Notes: generated by a model from the letters alone, not told the origin. Counted from the first letter of the stretch, positions 27,108-38,158 are shown. The stretch is DNA of 62,122 nt from Euryarchaeota archaeon UBA28 (GCA_002501605.1 DANW01000021.1:1-62122), one strand, 5' to 3'. A program made the numbers and translations.

Positions 27108-27182
27108 ACGAGTGTAGTGTAGTGGTTATCACCCGGCGTTGCCAACGCCGGAACCCGGGTTCAAATCCCGGCACTCGTACCA
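27108..27182 (+). tRNA. tRNA-Gly (anticodon GCC), CCA encoded, A1:U72 first pair
   Basis: Hand-folded cloverleaf. Acceptor ACGAGTG/CACTCGT, D-arm GTGT-AGTGGTTA-TCAC, anticodon arm CGGCG-TTGCCAA-CGCCG, T-arm CCGGG-TTCAAAT-CCCGG. It has A73 and the C2:G71 and G3:C70 pairs. Confidence 0.9.
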
Positions 27183-27185
27183 TGA

Positions 27186-30100
27186 TTAATCAAAATCTGA
27201 CTTCCTGATCTGAAGAATTACAGCCACCATCCCCATGAGTAAGACAGAAAATGATGATATTAAGACTATTGTTGAAAAATTCTGTGACATCCATGATGAG
27301 TCGCCGTTACAGCATTCTGAGTGTTGGACGGAAAGTATGTGTCCCTGATTTTCAGGAGGGGTGGATGAGACAAAAATATCTGTTGCACGGATTTTGATTT
27401 CCAATTCGCCTTCAGGAATCGTTGACCTAGCCTCGAAATATAGCGTGTAAATCCCATCTCCTGCAACCCTGTCTCCAGATGTTCCATCGTCGACCAACAA
27501 CAGCCATTGCTCGGATTTCCCAATATCCGCCAATCTACCAATTATTGCCTGAACAGATGAGACACCATCAGGATCTGATACCTCTACTTCCATGTGATGG
27601 GCGATTTGTCCACCATTACTCGAGACTATCACTGGATGAATGAGGTCTCCCTCATCGGTCTCGTAAGTAAGTGGGTTTCCCTCCCTCCAAATTTCTAGAG
27701 AAATTAAGGTCGGAAATTCGTTGATTATCTCCAAAACCGGCATTTCTTCTAAATTATTTGAGAAAATCTCAGCACCCTGTGTATCGGACATTCGAATCGG
27801 TATGATTCTCTCGCCTGGAGGAATTGTGTAGGGAATAGTAAACTCTCCAGACCAATAACCTGTAGATTCTGAATAGCTTAGATTGTACAATTCTCCTCCT
27901 ACGCTAAGGAGATCCACTGATACCGAATCAACACCGTGACCATCCACCGAATCCACCGATATTCCAAGTGTCTGGCCCCGGTATGCTGATTGATCTGATA
28001 AAATAATTGAGTTTGCTCTGGGTGGAAGATTATCCACGGTTATTTCTCCATAATCCGTTACCTGGGTCCAATAATCGTTGATTATAACGGGCACAGTGAA
28101 CTGACCAAACTCAAGTCCTTCGTGAAAAATTATCGAGGTCCATACATCATCGCTGATTGTCAGATCTCCCAATAGTCCACTATCTGAGAGTGTGACCTGC
28201 CCGAGCCCTATAGACGATAGGTCAGCAGTAACTGAGATGACGTCCGTGTCTATGTCCTCAATCATTATTTCAATGTGGGAAACCCCTCCCTCGGTATGCA
28301 AGAACCCCTCTCTGAATGAAACCGAGAGTAAGGAAGGGAGACTGTTCTCATCTGCGGTGATGACGGTTGGGTAAAGTACCCTGTCAACCTTCTGATATTC
28401 CATAAATGTCAGACCCGAAGAAGAGTCATCTTCCTCACCTGTGAGTGAAATCCATCTATTCGCTTCATACAATAGCCCGGAGAGTGGGCCCTCGTTGACG
28501 AAGAATCCGGAGGCAGAAATCCCTTCAGATTCTATATTTCCTGCCCACTCGGCGACTTCGACCAAATGACCATCCATTTCTTTCTCGGAGGTTGAGAGGA
28601 CTAAGACCTCAAGGATATTAGACGGATTTGAGATTAGAGTGAAAAAATCCCCAGGGACTACGACACTAGGAGAGACTCCGCTTTCTCTTGATATTTGACT
28701 AGATAACAGAGGGCTTGCTTGTGGTCTTGAAGGACTTTCAATAATTGGAGAATCAGGTGGAAATTCGTCCGATATCGTTCCATTATCCTCAACATATTGT
28801 AGCCTGACCGTTCTATTTAGCCAATCTTGTTGAGGGACGACGAACTCATATGTCAGATTATGCTCTGCCCCAAACTCTTGTGAAATCGGTCCGAATGGAG
28901 TAGCTGATACATTCCACCAGAACTCATTCTGAATCTTATCGACTTCATATGGCACTCCTTCGGAATTTTGCTGTACTCCTGAATCAACTATCTGCCTCAC
29001 TAATCCGAAGCTCCCCTCGATATCTCCATCATAAGTGCCGTCCACTATGATGGTGTCAGAAACTGTCTCTCCTCCATTGGACTCGATATGTACGAGTGGA
29101 ATTGTTCCATTGACATCGATATTGAATTCATCATCTCTTATTTCAAAACTGAAATCCCCTTCTCCGTATGCCCTAAAGAACTGCTCTTCCCTAGTATCAT
29201 CAGACCACCTCTCTCTTATGATTAGGTCATCGAGCTCGAAAGAGAAGAAGTCCGATCCGCCTAATATCCTCAATGAAGCATTGGCGTCTATGTGAAAATT
29301 CTGCATGCGTCTGAGTCCGTTTTCATCAAAGGATTCAAAGTAGAAATTCTCTATCTGGCCAAATCCCCCCTCTGAGCTTTCATTATCGCCCCCGCTGAAA
29401 GATAGCCATCCCCCTCCTTCGATGATGATTCTCTCTGTGAGGCTTCCATCGTTCCATGAGCGGTTTACCACAGCCCGTGTTACAGAAATCTGAGCCGAGA
29501 ATCCTTCTTCTAAGGACCCTTCTGAATTTCCTTCAGAAAGAAACATAGATCCATTTCCTAGCATCTCGAAGTCTTGAGATATCAGATTATTTCCGTCATA
29601 TGACTCATTGAGCCATATCCTATCCAAGTCCAAATCCAAAATGATCCCGTTTGTTCCATTCATGGTATTCATCCTAAGAGATCCATTACCAAGCTCATTC
29701 GATTCCAAAATAGGGCCAGTTCTCTTCTGCCACCCTCTTCCCATAAACTCGATACTCTGTTCCTCTGACTCGGAGCCTTCTAATGACCAGAGAGTCTCTC
29801 TTGTTATTTCATGATCTTCAATTGGCTGATTCCAGTTAGTCACAGACACTGTTCTACTGCATACTGCCTCAGTACTGGAGAAGTTAACTAAAATTTTGTC
29901 TTGGAACTCCGGATCAGTTTCCAACTCAATATCGACCTCGCCTCCTGCACTGATGTGGGAGACATTGACTGGAATGTTTTCTCCGGATGCATACCTCATA
30001 TGAGTTGAGCTTACTGAAATTGCTGACGGTGATTCGCCTAATCCAAACGCAGGATCAAAAATAACCTTGTATCTGTGAACATGGTCCAGTGTGTAGATTT

Positions 30101-30287
30101 CGTCTTCCTCGTTAGGCTCGTCGAGCCAGTCCACTTGATAGTCCCAGTCCACTAAAATTTCACAACTTGTTGATGGGGAGGCTTGTCCTGACGCCAATAA
30201 TGAGTGGTTGCTGAGCAAGAGTATTGAAGTTAGAAGTATGGAAATTCCGATTTTACCGGAAGTGTCAGTCGAGGCCTGATTATACAT
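27186..30287 (-). CDS. Large (1033 aa) secreted, acidic cell-surface protein with a C-terminal TM anchor
   Basis: N-terminal signal peptide (ISILLTSILLLSNHSLLASG), many N-x-S/T sequons, and a C-terminal TM helix plus basic tail (VAVILQIRKSDFD). No enzymatic motif recognised. Confidence 0.75.
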   Translation of the reverse strand: MYNQASTDTSGKIGISILLTSILLLSNHSLLASGQASPSTSCEILVDWDYQVDWLDEPNEEDEIYTLDHVHRYKVIFDPAFGLGESPSAISVSSTHMRYASGENIPVNVSHISAGGEVDIELETDPEFQDKILVNFSSTEAVCSRTVSVTNWNQPIEDHEITRETLWSLEGSESEEQSIEFMGRGWQKRTGPILESNELGNGSLRMNTMNGTNGIILDLDLDRIWLNESYDGNNLISQDFEMLGNGSMFLSEGNSEGSLEEGFSAQISVTRAVVNRSWNDGSLTERIIIEGGGWLSFSGGDNESSEGGFGQIENFYFESFDENGLRRMQNFHIDANASLRILGGSDFFSFELDDLIIRERWSDDTREEQFFRAYGEGDFSFEIRDDEFNIDVNGTIPLVHIESNGGETVSDTIIVDGTYDGDIEGSFGLVRQIVDSGVQQNSEGVPYEVDKIQNEFWWNVSATPFGPISQEFGAEHNLTYEFVVPQQDWLNRTVRLQYVEDNGTISDEFPPDSPIIESPSRPQASPLLSSQISRESGVSPSVVVPGDFFTLISNPSNILEVLVLSTSEKEMDGHLVEVAEWAGNIESEGISASGFFVNEGPLSGLLYEANRWISLTGEEDDSSSGLTFMEYQKVDRVLYPTVITADENSLPSLLSVSFREGFLHTEGGVSHIEIMIEDIDTDVISVTADLSSIGLGQVTLSDSGLLGDLTISDDVWTSIIFHEGLEFGQFTVPVIINDYWTQVTDYGEITVDNLPPRANSIILSDQSAYRGQTLGISVDSVDGHGVDSVSVDLLSVGGELYNLSYSESTGYWSGEFTIPYTIPPGERIIPIRMSDTQGAEIFSNNLEEMPVLEIINEFPTLISLEIWREGNPLTYETDEGDLIHPVIVSSNGGQIAHHMEVEVSDPDGVSSVQAIIGRLADIGKSEQWLLLVDDGTSGDRVAGDGIYTLYFEARSTIPEGELEIKIRATDIFVSSTPPENQGHILSVQHSECCNGDSSWMSQNFSTIVLISSFSVLLMGMVAVILQIRKSDFD

Positions 30288-30344
30288 CCTACCATACGGT
30301 AATAGTTCAGCTTGTTCAAGATATCCCCTACAGGGACTTACGGA

Positions 30345-31730
30345 CTATTTGATGCCATACAGGAATCTTGTAGATTTGAATCTCTTCACAATCTCGAAAA
30401 ATAGCCAGCAGGTCAGTATCACCAAAAAGGTAGCAAAAATCACAGCTGGGTGATTTCTCAGTCCGAGGTTTGAGGCCAACCTAAGTCCTAAGAAGGTAAG
30501 AGGCATGTGAACTATGTAGAATGGGTATACTCCTTGATTGAGGTATGGTAGATATCGGTGATTCCTATTGAGGACATGCGATCCCCATGAAAAAATAGTT
30601 AGGCACCAGAACCAAGCATGAAAACTATGTATCAAACAAGCAACAACTGTCATCCTGCTATGGAAGCCCTCGGTTCCTACCCATCCTCCATCGACATAGG
30701 GTATTCCGGTATCGTGTTGTTCTAGTCGAAGCCAAACAAAGGCGATTGTCCAAATTAGAGTAGCAATTGTGATTGTTACCCTTTGATTTTCAATGAGTTG
30801 GTAGTATTCATCTTTGGAAATAATGCAGATGTATCCAATAGCGAAAAAGGCGAAGAACCAGAACCATTCGTATCCTACACCGATATAACCTGGAAACCAC
30901 GGTTTGAAAAGGATCTCAGTCGAGCTCAACAATAGCGGAATGATGATCAAGGCTCCGATCCCCGTTCGCATCCTAAATGGCGCTCTTAGGATGCCAGAGA
31001 TGGATCCTTCTGGATTATTCCTGACTATGTGAAAAACTGGTAATAGTATCAATGAATACTGAAATAGATTCCAAAGGAACCATAGATGTCCTAAGGCTAT
31101 CAGCTTGCCGAAAATTGGTATCCAGAAAGAGAGGCTCCTCCAAATTATCCCGAATAGAAATCCATAGGTAAGGCCGGCGGGAGTGATTGTCTCATTCCCC
31201 ATAATTACCGAGCCAGCAAAGCCCATCGTCCATGCACCGAAAAACATTGGAATGAGTAGGCGTTTGCACCTTTCAGTCAAGTAAATCTTCCAAGTTTTAC
31301 GTTTGAATGCAAATGCGGTTCCCATTCCTGAGATCATGAAGAGAGCGGCGAGTCTCCATTGGTGCATCCAATGCAAGACCATGCTCGTAAAATCTACTGA
31401 TTCGGATGTGTAATCGTTATTTTCATTTGCGAACTCCTCCGTATTTTCATCCGAAATATCCCCAATATTTGGATTAATTTCGGTACCATATGTAGACCAA
31501 TAAACACCAATAGCTACATGAAAGGGAATCAGAAGTCCGAATAGTATTACTCTGAGCCAATCGATATCATACCGACGAGTAAGATCCACCTGATACTCGT
31601 TCACAACACTCCCAATTGTTCTGGGTATTTGTAAAGTTAGTAATGAGGGGTGGGAATTCTCAGAACAATGGCTCTTCGTAGTCGTCTTCTTCGCCCGATC
31701 TTTCCTTCCATAGAGAGACGGGTACATCAT
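30345..31730 (-). CDS. Acyltransferase family 3 (integral membrane O-acyltransferase)
   Basis: N-terminal signature YDIDWLRVILFGLLIPFHV and about 10 hydrophobic helices. The first ~70 nt overlap the upstream ORF, so the true start may be an internal GTG/TTG. Confidence 0.7.
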   Translation of the reverse strand: MMYPSLYGRKDRAKKTTTKSHCSENSHPSLLTLQIPRTIGSVVNEYQVDLTRRYDIDWLRVILFGLLIPFHVAIGVYWSTYGTEINPNIGDISDENTEEFANENNDYTSESVDFTSMVLHWMHQWRLAALFMISGMGTAFAFKRKTWKIYLTERCKRLLIPMFFGAWTMGFAGSVIMGNETITPAGLTYGFLFGIIWRSLSFWIPIFGKLIALGHLWFLWNLFQYSLILLPVFHIVRNNPEGSISGILRAPFRMRTGIGALIIIPLLLSSTEILFKPWFPGYIGVGYEWFWFFAFFAIGYICIISKDEYYQLIENQRVTITIATLIWTIAFVWLRLEQHDTGIPYVDGGWVGTEGFHSRMTVVACLIHSFHAWFWCLTIFSWGSHVLNRNHRYLPYLNQGVYPFYIVHMPLTFLGLRLASNLGLRNHPAVIFATFLVILTCWLFFEIVKRFKSTRFLYGIK

Positions 31731-32097
31731 CGTAAACGTCTGAGTATGGATCCTTCTCTTTCTGATTCAACAGAGCTGCCTCGGCCGCTGCTCTGGCAAA
31801 CTCTTCAGCATTCGCCTTGAATTTCCAATAGTGAATTCTCCATTCTCTGCCGTCCCATAGTGTGGTTTCTTCGGATTCAGTGGTCAAGAGATCATAGTCC
31901 TGTAGCTGGTAGAACAAGTTTCTGTCAGTAGGCTCTAGAGCGTTGTCGATGATCCTGTTAGAGAATCCGAAGAATCCAAGGGCGTGTTCTGCTATTGATT
32001 CGGCGACTACTACCTCCATGTCAGTATCTACCTTGCTCCTGATAGCCGAAGTAAGCTGAGCTAGTGTCAAACCCATCATTCCGCCTCCGAGATACAC
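31660..32097 (-). CDS. Hypothetical acidic protein (145 aa)
   Basis: ORF with protein-like composition and an acidic C-terminus (EEDDYEEPLF). No recognisable family. Confidence 0.5.
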   Translation of the reverse strand: MYLGGGMMGLTLAQLTSAIRSKVDTDMEVVVAESIAEHALGFFGFSNRIIDNALEPTDRNLFYQLQDYDLLTTESEETTLWDGREWRIHYWKFKANAEEFARAAAEAALLNQKEKDPYSDVYDDVPVSLWKERSGEEDDYEEPLF

Positions 32098-32199
32098 CTA
32101 CAGGGCAGGGGGCTCTATTTCAACGGTCTCTACAAACGCTCTCAAAATCTGCATTTTGGCTTACGAAGTCATTATTCTGTTAGATGGAGGCGGAAAGGC

Positions 32200-33135
32200 A
32201 TGGACAGGGGTACGCGAGTCACATTCCTGGGCTTGGATGAGAGTGAGGAAGGACCGTGGGACGTCATTATTCTACCGATTCCTTTCGAGATGACTACAAG
32301 TTGGATTGAAGGAACTGAGCGTGGTCCTGCTGCATGTATTGAGGCGAGCTCACAAGTAGAGCTGTATGACCCCCTTCTTCCAGAAGAGTTACCATGTGGA
32401 CTCTCTTTTCACACGTCTTCTCCATGGGGCTCGGAAGCTGGGACTCTGATTGAACAACTGAATTCAATCACCGAATACCTTGCCGAATGGATAGATAACG
32501 GGTTTCCATTAGTACTGGGGGGAGAACATGGTATTCTGCCTCCAATAATGGAGGCGATGAAAAAACACTCTAGGCTGAATGGCGATTTATCCGAATTGAC
32601 ATTGATTCAGATCGATGCGCATGCGGATCTGAGGAATGAACTGAATGGCGAGAGATTCTCCCATGGAACTGCAATACGGAGGTCTCTAGATGCAGGAGTA
32701 GGAAAGGTGATTCAGATCGGAACAAGAGCTCTCTCGGAGTCAGAAGCGATTTTTTCTGATGAAGACGATAGGGTTGAGACTTGGTATGCTAGGGAAATTC
32801 TGGGTTCTTCTGGACTCTTGGGGGGTTGGGAATTAATGCTAGAAAGTATCTCTAAGATTACGGGACCAGTATGGATTACCTTCGACATAGATGGGCTCGA
32901 TGGAAAGTTGGTTCCCTCGACTGGAACTCCGGTTCCGGGCGGGCTCTCACACTGGGCCGCGGTTGAGTTGATCGAGAGAATCTTCTCTGCGACTGGGGCA
33001 GAGGTTTTGGGTGCAGATGTGAATGAAATTGTGCCAGGGAAAGAAGGGCCTTTGACTGAGTTTAATGCCGCGCTTATTGCGACTAAGATATTATCATGTC
33101 ATTGTGCGAGGATACTGATCGACAAGGGAGAATGA
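32200..33135 (+). CDS. speB: Agmatinase/ureohydrolase (arginase family)
   Basis: Mn-binding blocks GGEHGI, IQIDAHADLR and ITFDIDGLD. Confidence 0.85.
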   Translation: MDRGTRVTFLGLDESEEGPWDVIILPIPFEMTTSWIEGTERGPAACIEASSQVELYDPLLPEELPCGLSFHTSSPWGSEAGTLIEQLNSITEYLAEWIDNGFPLVLGGEHGILPPIMEAMKKHSRLNGDLSELTLIQIDAHADLRNELNGERFSHGTAIRRSLDAGVGKVIQIGTRALSESEAIFSDEDDRVETWYAREILGSSGLLGGWELMLESISKITGPVWITFDIDGLDGKLVPSTGTPVPGGLSHWAAVELIERIFSATGAEVLGADVNEIVPGKEGPLTEFNAALIATKILSCHCARILIDKGE

Positions 33136-33163
33136 TTGTATCTTGCAACCCTCTCAATATATC

Positions 33164-34636
33164 ATGCGCCCATGGGTTGTGACTTTGATTCTATCTTCCT
33201 TGCTGGCAACATCAGCCTCTCCATTGGTCACTGCCCAGATTGGCCAGCCAGATATCATCCAAGAGCATTGGTACCATTCTTACGCTACACTGACCTTGGA
33301 CCTAAATGAATGGTCTGATGACTATCCTGAAATAGTCGATTTGTTCAGTATTGGGAAGACTGAATTGGGAAGAGAAATATGGATGCTACAAATCTCTGAC
33401 TGGAACGGGGGAGCTTGTTCTGATAGCCCTGGAGATATCGATGATTGCAAGCACTACAAATCTAATGGAGAACGCAAAGAAGTTGTCTACATAGATGGTG
33501 GCCACCATGGCAATGAGCATCTGGGAACTGAGCTTGCCTTCTTAGTCGCGGAATACTATATTCAGGGGTGGGGAACCGGGGATCAGCAGGTACTTGAGAT
33601 ATTATCTAATACTGAATTGCACATCCTCATAATGCTGAATGCAGATGGTAATGACTTTGATACGAGATGGAATGTAAACCAAGTAGACCTGAATAGGAAC
33701 TATGACCATTACTGGAACACATGTGATTCGACCCAACCGGGAAGTTCGGCTTTCAGTGAGTCTGAGACTTTGGCTAATTCGATTTACATGAATGAAGTCG
33801 TTCCAGATGCCGACCTGTACATCACGATGCACACTGGAGTTTGGATTATGCTCTACCCATGGGGAAAGTGGCCAGAGCAACCTTCTGACTGGGAAATGTA
33901 TCACCACATAAGAGATGAGGTGAATTCAAACATTTCTGAAATCCCTATTCGCAATGCCAACCAAGGCCTCTACCCCAATTGTGGAACTAGTCGGGACTAC
34001 GGCTATGGCGTAATGGGTTATCCAACCTTCACATTCGAGACAGACGATGAGCAATTCCTGTTGGGAACTGTGGAGCCCCTCTCAGAAAGATTGGACGAAG
34101 AGCTTGATGTAATGCATTACCTCATCGAAAATGTATGGTACTGGAGAGCTCGTCTGGTTGTAGATTCTCTGGAAGAGGTGGGCGGGGAGGTAAGATTGAG
34201 TGTTTCAAATCGGGGACATGCTAGTACATCTAATGCCACTTTGCTATACTTCGAAAGTGAAGACTCGAGGGAATTTTGGCTTCCCGGATTAAATGAACCA
34301 GTGGAAATGGTCGCTGATATGGAGATTCATGAGTTGGTGTCTGAATTCAACTTCTCTGCTTCGGGGTCGGGTTTCTCAGTCAATGCAACAAATACCACTG
34401 TCGCTATGCTAGATTTCACCCGTGCTCCTATATCGAATGATGAGGGGATCTGGGCCCTCTACTATCAGAAGAGAGTTATAGATTCCTCAATGTGGACTGA
34501 GGAGTTGATAGATGAGGATTTGGTAGTGATTAACGCTGGTAGTTCGAGCCTTCTTCCAGCTCCTTCGATGCTGACTCTCCTTCTCGCCTTCGCTGTGGCG
34601 GCAGTAAATCAGAGGAGTAGGAGTTTTGAAAATTGA
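33164..34636 (+). CDS. Secreted M14-family zinc carboxypeptidase with a C-terminal TM anchor
   Basis: Signal peptide MRPWVVTLILSSLLATSASPLVTA, the zinc motif GGHHGNEHLG (HxxE), DLNRNYD and MHTG. The C-terminus is LLPAPSMLTLLLAFAVAAVNQRSR. The ORF opens at TTG 33143. Confidence 0.8.
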   Translation: MRPWVVTLILSSLLATSASPLVTAQIGQPDIIQEHWYHSYATLTLDLNEWSDDYPEIVDLFSIGKTELGREIWMLQISDWNGGACSDSPGDIDDCKHYKSNGERKEVVYIDGGHHGNEHLGTELAFLVAEYYIQGWGTGDQQVLEILSNTELHILIMLNADGNDFDTRWNVNQVDLNRNYDHYWNTCDSTQPGSSAFSESETLANSIYMNEVVPDADLYITMHTGVWIMLYPWGKWPEQPSDWEMYHHIRDEVNSNISEIPIRNANQGLYPNCGTSRDYGYGVMGYPTFTFETDDEQFLLGTVEPLSERLDEELDVMHYLIENVWYWRARLVVDSLEEVGGEVRLSVSNRGHASTSNATLLYFESEDSREFWLPGLNEPVEMVADMEIHELVSEFNFSASGSGFSVNATNTTVAMLDFTRAPISNDEGIWALYYQKRVIDSSMWTEELIDEDLVVINAGSSSLLPAPSMLTLLLAFAVAAVNQRSRSFEN

Positions 34637-34649
34637 TTTAATTTCCTAA

Positions 34650-34731
34650 AAAGTTAGTTTGCATTTAAAATTGAATATTTGTAATAGAATTATTTGTAAA
34701 CTAGCTTATAATCGCGTGCTTCGGGCTATTT
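34650..34731 (+). promoter_or_regulatory. AT-rich putative promoter region of pepA
   Basis: TATA-like elements (tttaaaa, ttataat) lie in a roughly 90-bp AT-rich gap. This is motif only. Confidence 0.3.
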
Positions 34732-36255
34732 ATGCAGATAGGTAACAGCGAATTCACAAAACCGAGAAAACAATTAATTTTGCCTCTTTTCGAGGGTAAC
34801 GATAAGCCTCCAAATAACTCTTTGGCCGGATTATCCAGAGTACAGAGGGGACTAGTCAGGGACGCGCTCAATTCTCAGGAGTTTGACGGCAAGAAGGGCA
34901 AGAAGATGACACTTTGGACACCTGGGTGTAACATTGTGCTTGTAGGAATGGGCAATAGAGATAGTTTGAACCACAAAATCGCGCGTAATACTGGGGCTAG
35001 GACCATCTCCTCATTGTCAAAAAAGAATGGAGTCGGGATCACGGTCAGGTTCACATCAGGCTGGACAGCCGATAGAATGTTGGATTTCGCTGAAGGAATG
35101 ATGCTAAGAGATTATGAGTTCTTAGAGCACCAAGAAGTCCCAGACGAACACATAAATGACGAGTGGGATGTAGATTTCCAAGCCAGTTCAAGGTACCAAA
35201 AAGCACTTTCCGAAAGACTTTTGCTAATTCAATCGGTAACTAGTGGGGTGCATTTAGCACGCGATCTAGGTAACGAGCCAGCTAATATTCTCTATCCAAT
35301 GGAGTATGCAAGAAGGGCCTTAGAATGGGCCGAAGATAAAGAAAATGTATCTGTCGAAGTTTATGATTGGGATAAGTTGCACGACCTTGGAATGGGCGGC
35401 CTGATTAATGTCGGAAAGGGTAGTGACAGGAAGCCCTGCATGGTACTATTCACACTCAATCCAGATGCCGATGTGGGTGTACGAAGACCTTGTATTGTTG
35501 GGAAAGGAATTACTTTTGATACTGGAGGAATATCCATCAAGCCAACCAGTGGCATGTGGGATATGAAATATGATATGTGTGGCGCAGCTACTGTATTTGG
35601 ACTCATGGAGGCGTTGCATTCCACAGGTTACAAGAGACGCGTGAATGGAATCTCCTGTCTTGCAGAGAATATGCCTGGGTCTGGTGCCTATCGACCGGGG
35701 GACGTCTTCAAGACTTATTCAGGAAAGACGGTAGAAGTATTCAGTACGGATGCAGAGGGGAGAAATGTCCTTTCGGATGGGCTATGGAAAGCGGGAGAGT
35801 TTGATCCAGAATATATCGTGGACCTGGCTACCTTGACTGGGGCTGTCATTGTAGCCTTGGGGAATCAGATTTCAGGGATGTGGTCAAATGATGATAATGT
35901 CGCATCTAAACTAAAAAACGCGGCGGAAAGAAGTGGAGAGGAGGTTTGGAGAATGCCGTTGAACGATCAGTTCCGAAAGTACATGACTGACTCCGCATTT
36001 GCAGATATAAGAAACGGTTCAATAGGGGGAAGAGCCGGTTCATCAAACACTGCCGCTGCTTTCCTAGAGTTCTTCGTTCCCAACAGAGGGTTCGAAAAGG
36101 ATGGAGAGAAGATACCATGGGTACATCTAGACATCGCTGGATCGGCATGGGGTCCAGGATCAAAAGCCGGCTCAGAGAGTGTCAATCCACTTTTCCAGTA
36201 TGGGACATCAGGGATACACGTCAGGACCCTTCACAGGCTTATTACCGAAAACTAG
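34732..36255 (+). CDS. pepA: Leucyl aminopeptidase (M17, PepA)
   Basis: ARDLGNEPANILYP, VGKGITFDTGGISIKP and STDAEGRNVLSD. Confidence 0.9.
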   Translation: MQIGNSEFTKPRKQLILPLFEGNDKPPNNSLAGLSRVQRGLVRDALNSQEFDGKKGKKMTLWTPGCNIVLVGMGNRDSLNHKIARNTGARTISSLSKKNGVGITVRFTSGWTADRMLDFAEGMMLRDYEFLEHQEVPDEHINDEWDVDFQASSRYQKALSERLLLIQSVTSGVHLARDLGNEPANILYPMEYARRALEWAEDKENVSVEVYDWDKLHDLGMGGLINVGKGSDRKPCMVLFTLNPDADVGVRRPCIVGKGITFDTGGISIKPTSGMWDMKYDMCGAATVFGLMEALHSTGYKRRVNGISCLAENMPGSGAYRPGDVFKTYSGKTVEVFSTDAEGRNVLSDGLWKAGEFDPEYIVDLATLTGAVIVALGNQISGMWSNDDNVASKLKNAAERSGEEVWRMPLNDQFRKYMTDSAFADIRNGSIGGRAGSSNTAAAFLEFFVPNRGFEKDGEKIPWVHLDIAGSAWGPGSKAGSESVNPLFQYGTSGIHVRTLHRLITEN

Positions 36256-38136
36256 CTACTCATCGGTGTCCTCAGAATCAACTTCCTCGAAGTCCGCCTC
36301 TACGACATCATCTGTGTTACTTGATTCCTGTTCTTCGGCCATTTCCGCGGCGGCTGCTTCGTAAAGCTTGGCTGAAACTTCATGAAGGGACTCTTCGACT
36401 TCTGCCATCTTTGCCTGAACAGCTGCTTCATCTAACTCATCAACGTCAATGGTCTTGTCATCTTTGGTTATCAATGACCTGAGTTCTTCTAGCTTTGCAT
36501 GAATGGGCTCAGTATCAAGATCAGATATTTTTTCAGCAGCTTCCTTTAGCATTTTAGTTGATTGGTATACCATTCCATCTGCAGAATTAATCAGCGTAAC
36601 TCCTGCCTTCCTCCTCTTATCCTCCGAAGCGAACTCTTCGGCCTCTGAAATCTTAGCTTTTATTTCATCTTCAGATAGAGAAGTCTGACTCTCGATTTTA
36701 ATCGACTGCTCAGTCCCGGTACCAAGATCTTTGGCTGAAACATTGACAATTCCGTTAGCGTCAATGTCGAAGGTGACTTCAATTTGGGGAATGCCCCTTG
36801 GAGAAGGGGGGATACCCATTAGATGGAACCTTCCTAGAGTAATGTTGTCCTTTGCAAATTCCCTTTCCCCCTGCAACACGTGGACTTCCACTGCAGGTTG
36901 GTTATCAGCGGCTGTTGAGAATGTCTCTGATCTTCGAGTTGGAATAGTAGTATTCCTCTCAATCATAGTAGTCATTATTCCGCCAAGAGTTTCGATTCCC
37001 AGGGTCAATGGAGTAACATCGAGCAGGAGAACGTCTGTAACTCCCTCATCGCCAGTAATTATCCCTGCTTGCAAGACAGCTCCGACTGCAACGGCTTCAT
37101 CGGGATTTATTCCCTTGAAGGGTGGCTTACCAACTTCCTTCTCAATGGCTTCCTGAACTGCAGGAACCCTTGTTGAACCACCAACGAGTAAGACCTTGTC
37201 GACATTGCCTTTCTTGATTCCAGCGTCCTTCATAGCCCTGCGAGTAGGAGCCATTGTCCTCTCTACCAGATCTTCTATGAGGCTCTCAAATTTAGCTCTG
37301 GAAAGAGAGATGTCAAGATGTTCCGGCTGGCCATCACCATTCATCGTGATGAATGGTAAATTGATTTGGGTGGTAGCAGTTCCAGAGAGCTCAATCTTAG
37401 CCTTCTCGGCAGCCTCTCTTAACCTGGTAAGAGCTGTAACGTCACTTGAAAGATCTATTCCGGTCGATTTCTTGAACTCGGATACCAGCCAATCGATGAC
37501 AACTTCATCGAAATCATCCCCTCCAAGACGATTGTCTCCACTGGTGGCTTTGACCTCGATCTGAGGTTGACCATCCACTTGGTAGATTTCAAGAACTGAT
37601 ACATCGAATGTTCCGCCTCCCAAATCGTAGACCAATATCGTTTGATCGTCGTCTTTGTCTACTCCGTATGCAAGTGCGGCCGCTGTAGGCTCATTGATAA
37701 TTCTGAGGACCTCTAGGCCGGCTATTCTCCCCGCATCTTTAGTTGCCTGCCTTTGTGCGTCTGTGAAGTATGCGGGACAGGTTATCACAGCTTGCTTAAC
37801 TTCTCGTCCAAGGTAGTCTTCAGCATCGGATTTTAGCTTCTGAAGAATGAATGCCGAAATCTCCTGTGGAGTATATTCTGACCCATCGATATCTGTCTTC
37901 CAGTCAGTCCCCATCTCTCTTTTTACGGACATTATGGTCCTCTCGGAATTGGTTACTGCTTGGCGTTTAGCTGTTATCCCTACGACCCTGTCCCCCTCAT
38001 TCTTAGAAAAGGCAACGACACTTGGAGTTGTCCTTGATCCTTCCGAGTTAGGGATTACCACCGGTTTCCCCGCCTCTAAGGTCGCTACACAGCTATTTGT
38101 TGTTCCTAAATCTATTCCAATTACTGGTCCAGTCAT
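36256..38136 (-). CDS. dnaK: Molecular chaperone DnaK (Hsp70)
   Basis: [23 protein letters not shown] and [13 protein letters not shown], with an acidic C-terminus. Confidence 0.95.
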   Translation of the reverse strand: MTGPVIGIDLGTTNSCVATLEAGKPVVIPNSEGSRTTPSVVAFSKNEGDRVVGITAKRQAVTNSERTIMSVKREMGTDWKTDIDGSEYTPQEISAFILQKLKSDAEDYLGREVKQAVITCPAYFTDAQRQATKDAGRIAGLEVLRIINEPTAAALAYGVDKDDDQTILVYDLGGGTFDVSVLEIYQVDGQPQIEVKATSGDNRLGGDDFDEVVIDWLVSEFKKSTGIDLSSDVTALTRLREAAEKAKIELSGTATTQINLPFITMNGDGQPEHLDISLSRAKFESLIEDLVERTMAPTRRAMKDAGIKKGNVDKVLLVGGSTRVPAVQEAIEKEVGKPPFKGINPDEAVAVGAVLQAGIITGDEGVTDVLLLDVTPLTLGIETLGGIMTTMIERNTTIPTRRSETFSTAADNQPAVEVHVLQGEREFAKDNITLGRFHLMGIPPSPRGIPQIEVTFDIDANGIVNVSAKDLGTGTEQSIKIESQTSLSEDEIKAKISEAEEFASEDKRRKAGVTLINSADGMVYQSTKMLKEAAEKISDLDTEPIHAKLEELRSLITKDDKTIDVDELDEAAVQAKMAEVEESLHEVSAKLYEAAAAEMAEEQESSNTDDVVEADFEEVDSEDTDE

Positions 38137-38158
38137 TTTTGTTCCTCCGTTTGATAGG

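Noticed and set aside
26998-27183. 61-aa minus-strand ORF covering tRNA-Gly(GCC)
   Set aside because: It is fully explained by the tRNA gene and the end of the arsC-like gene.
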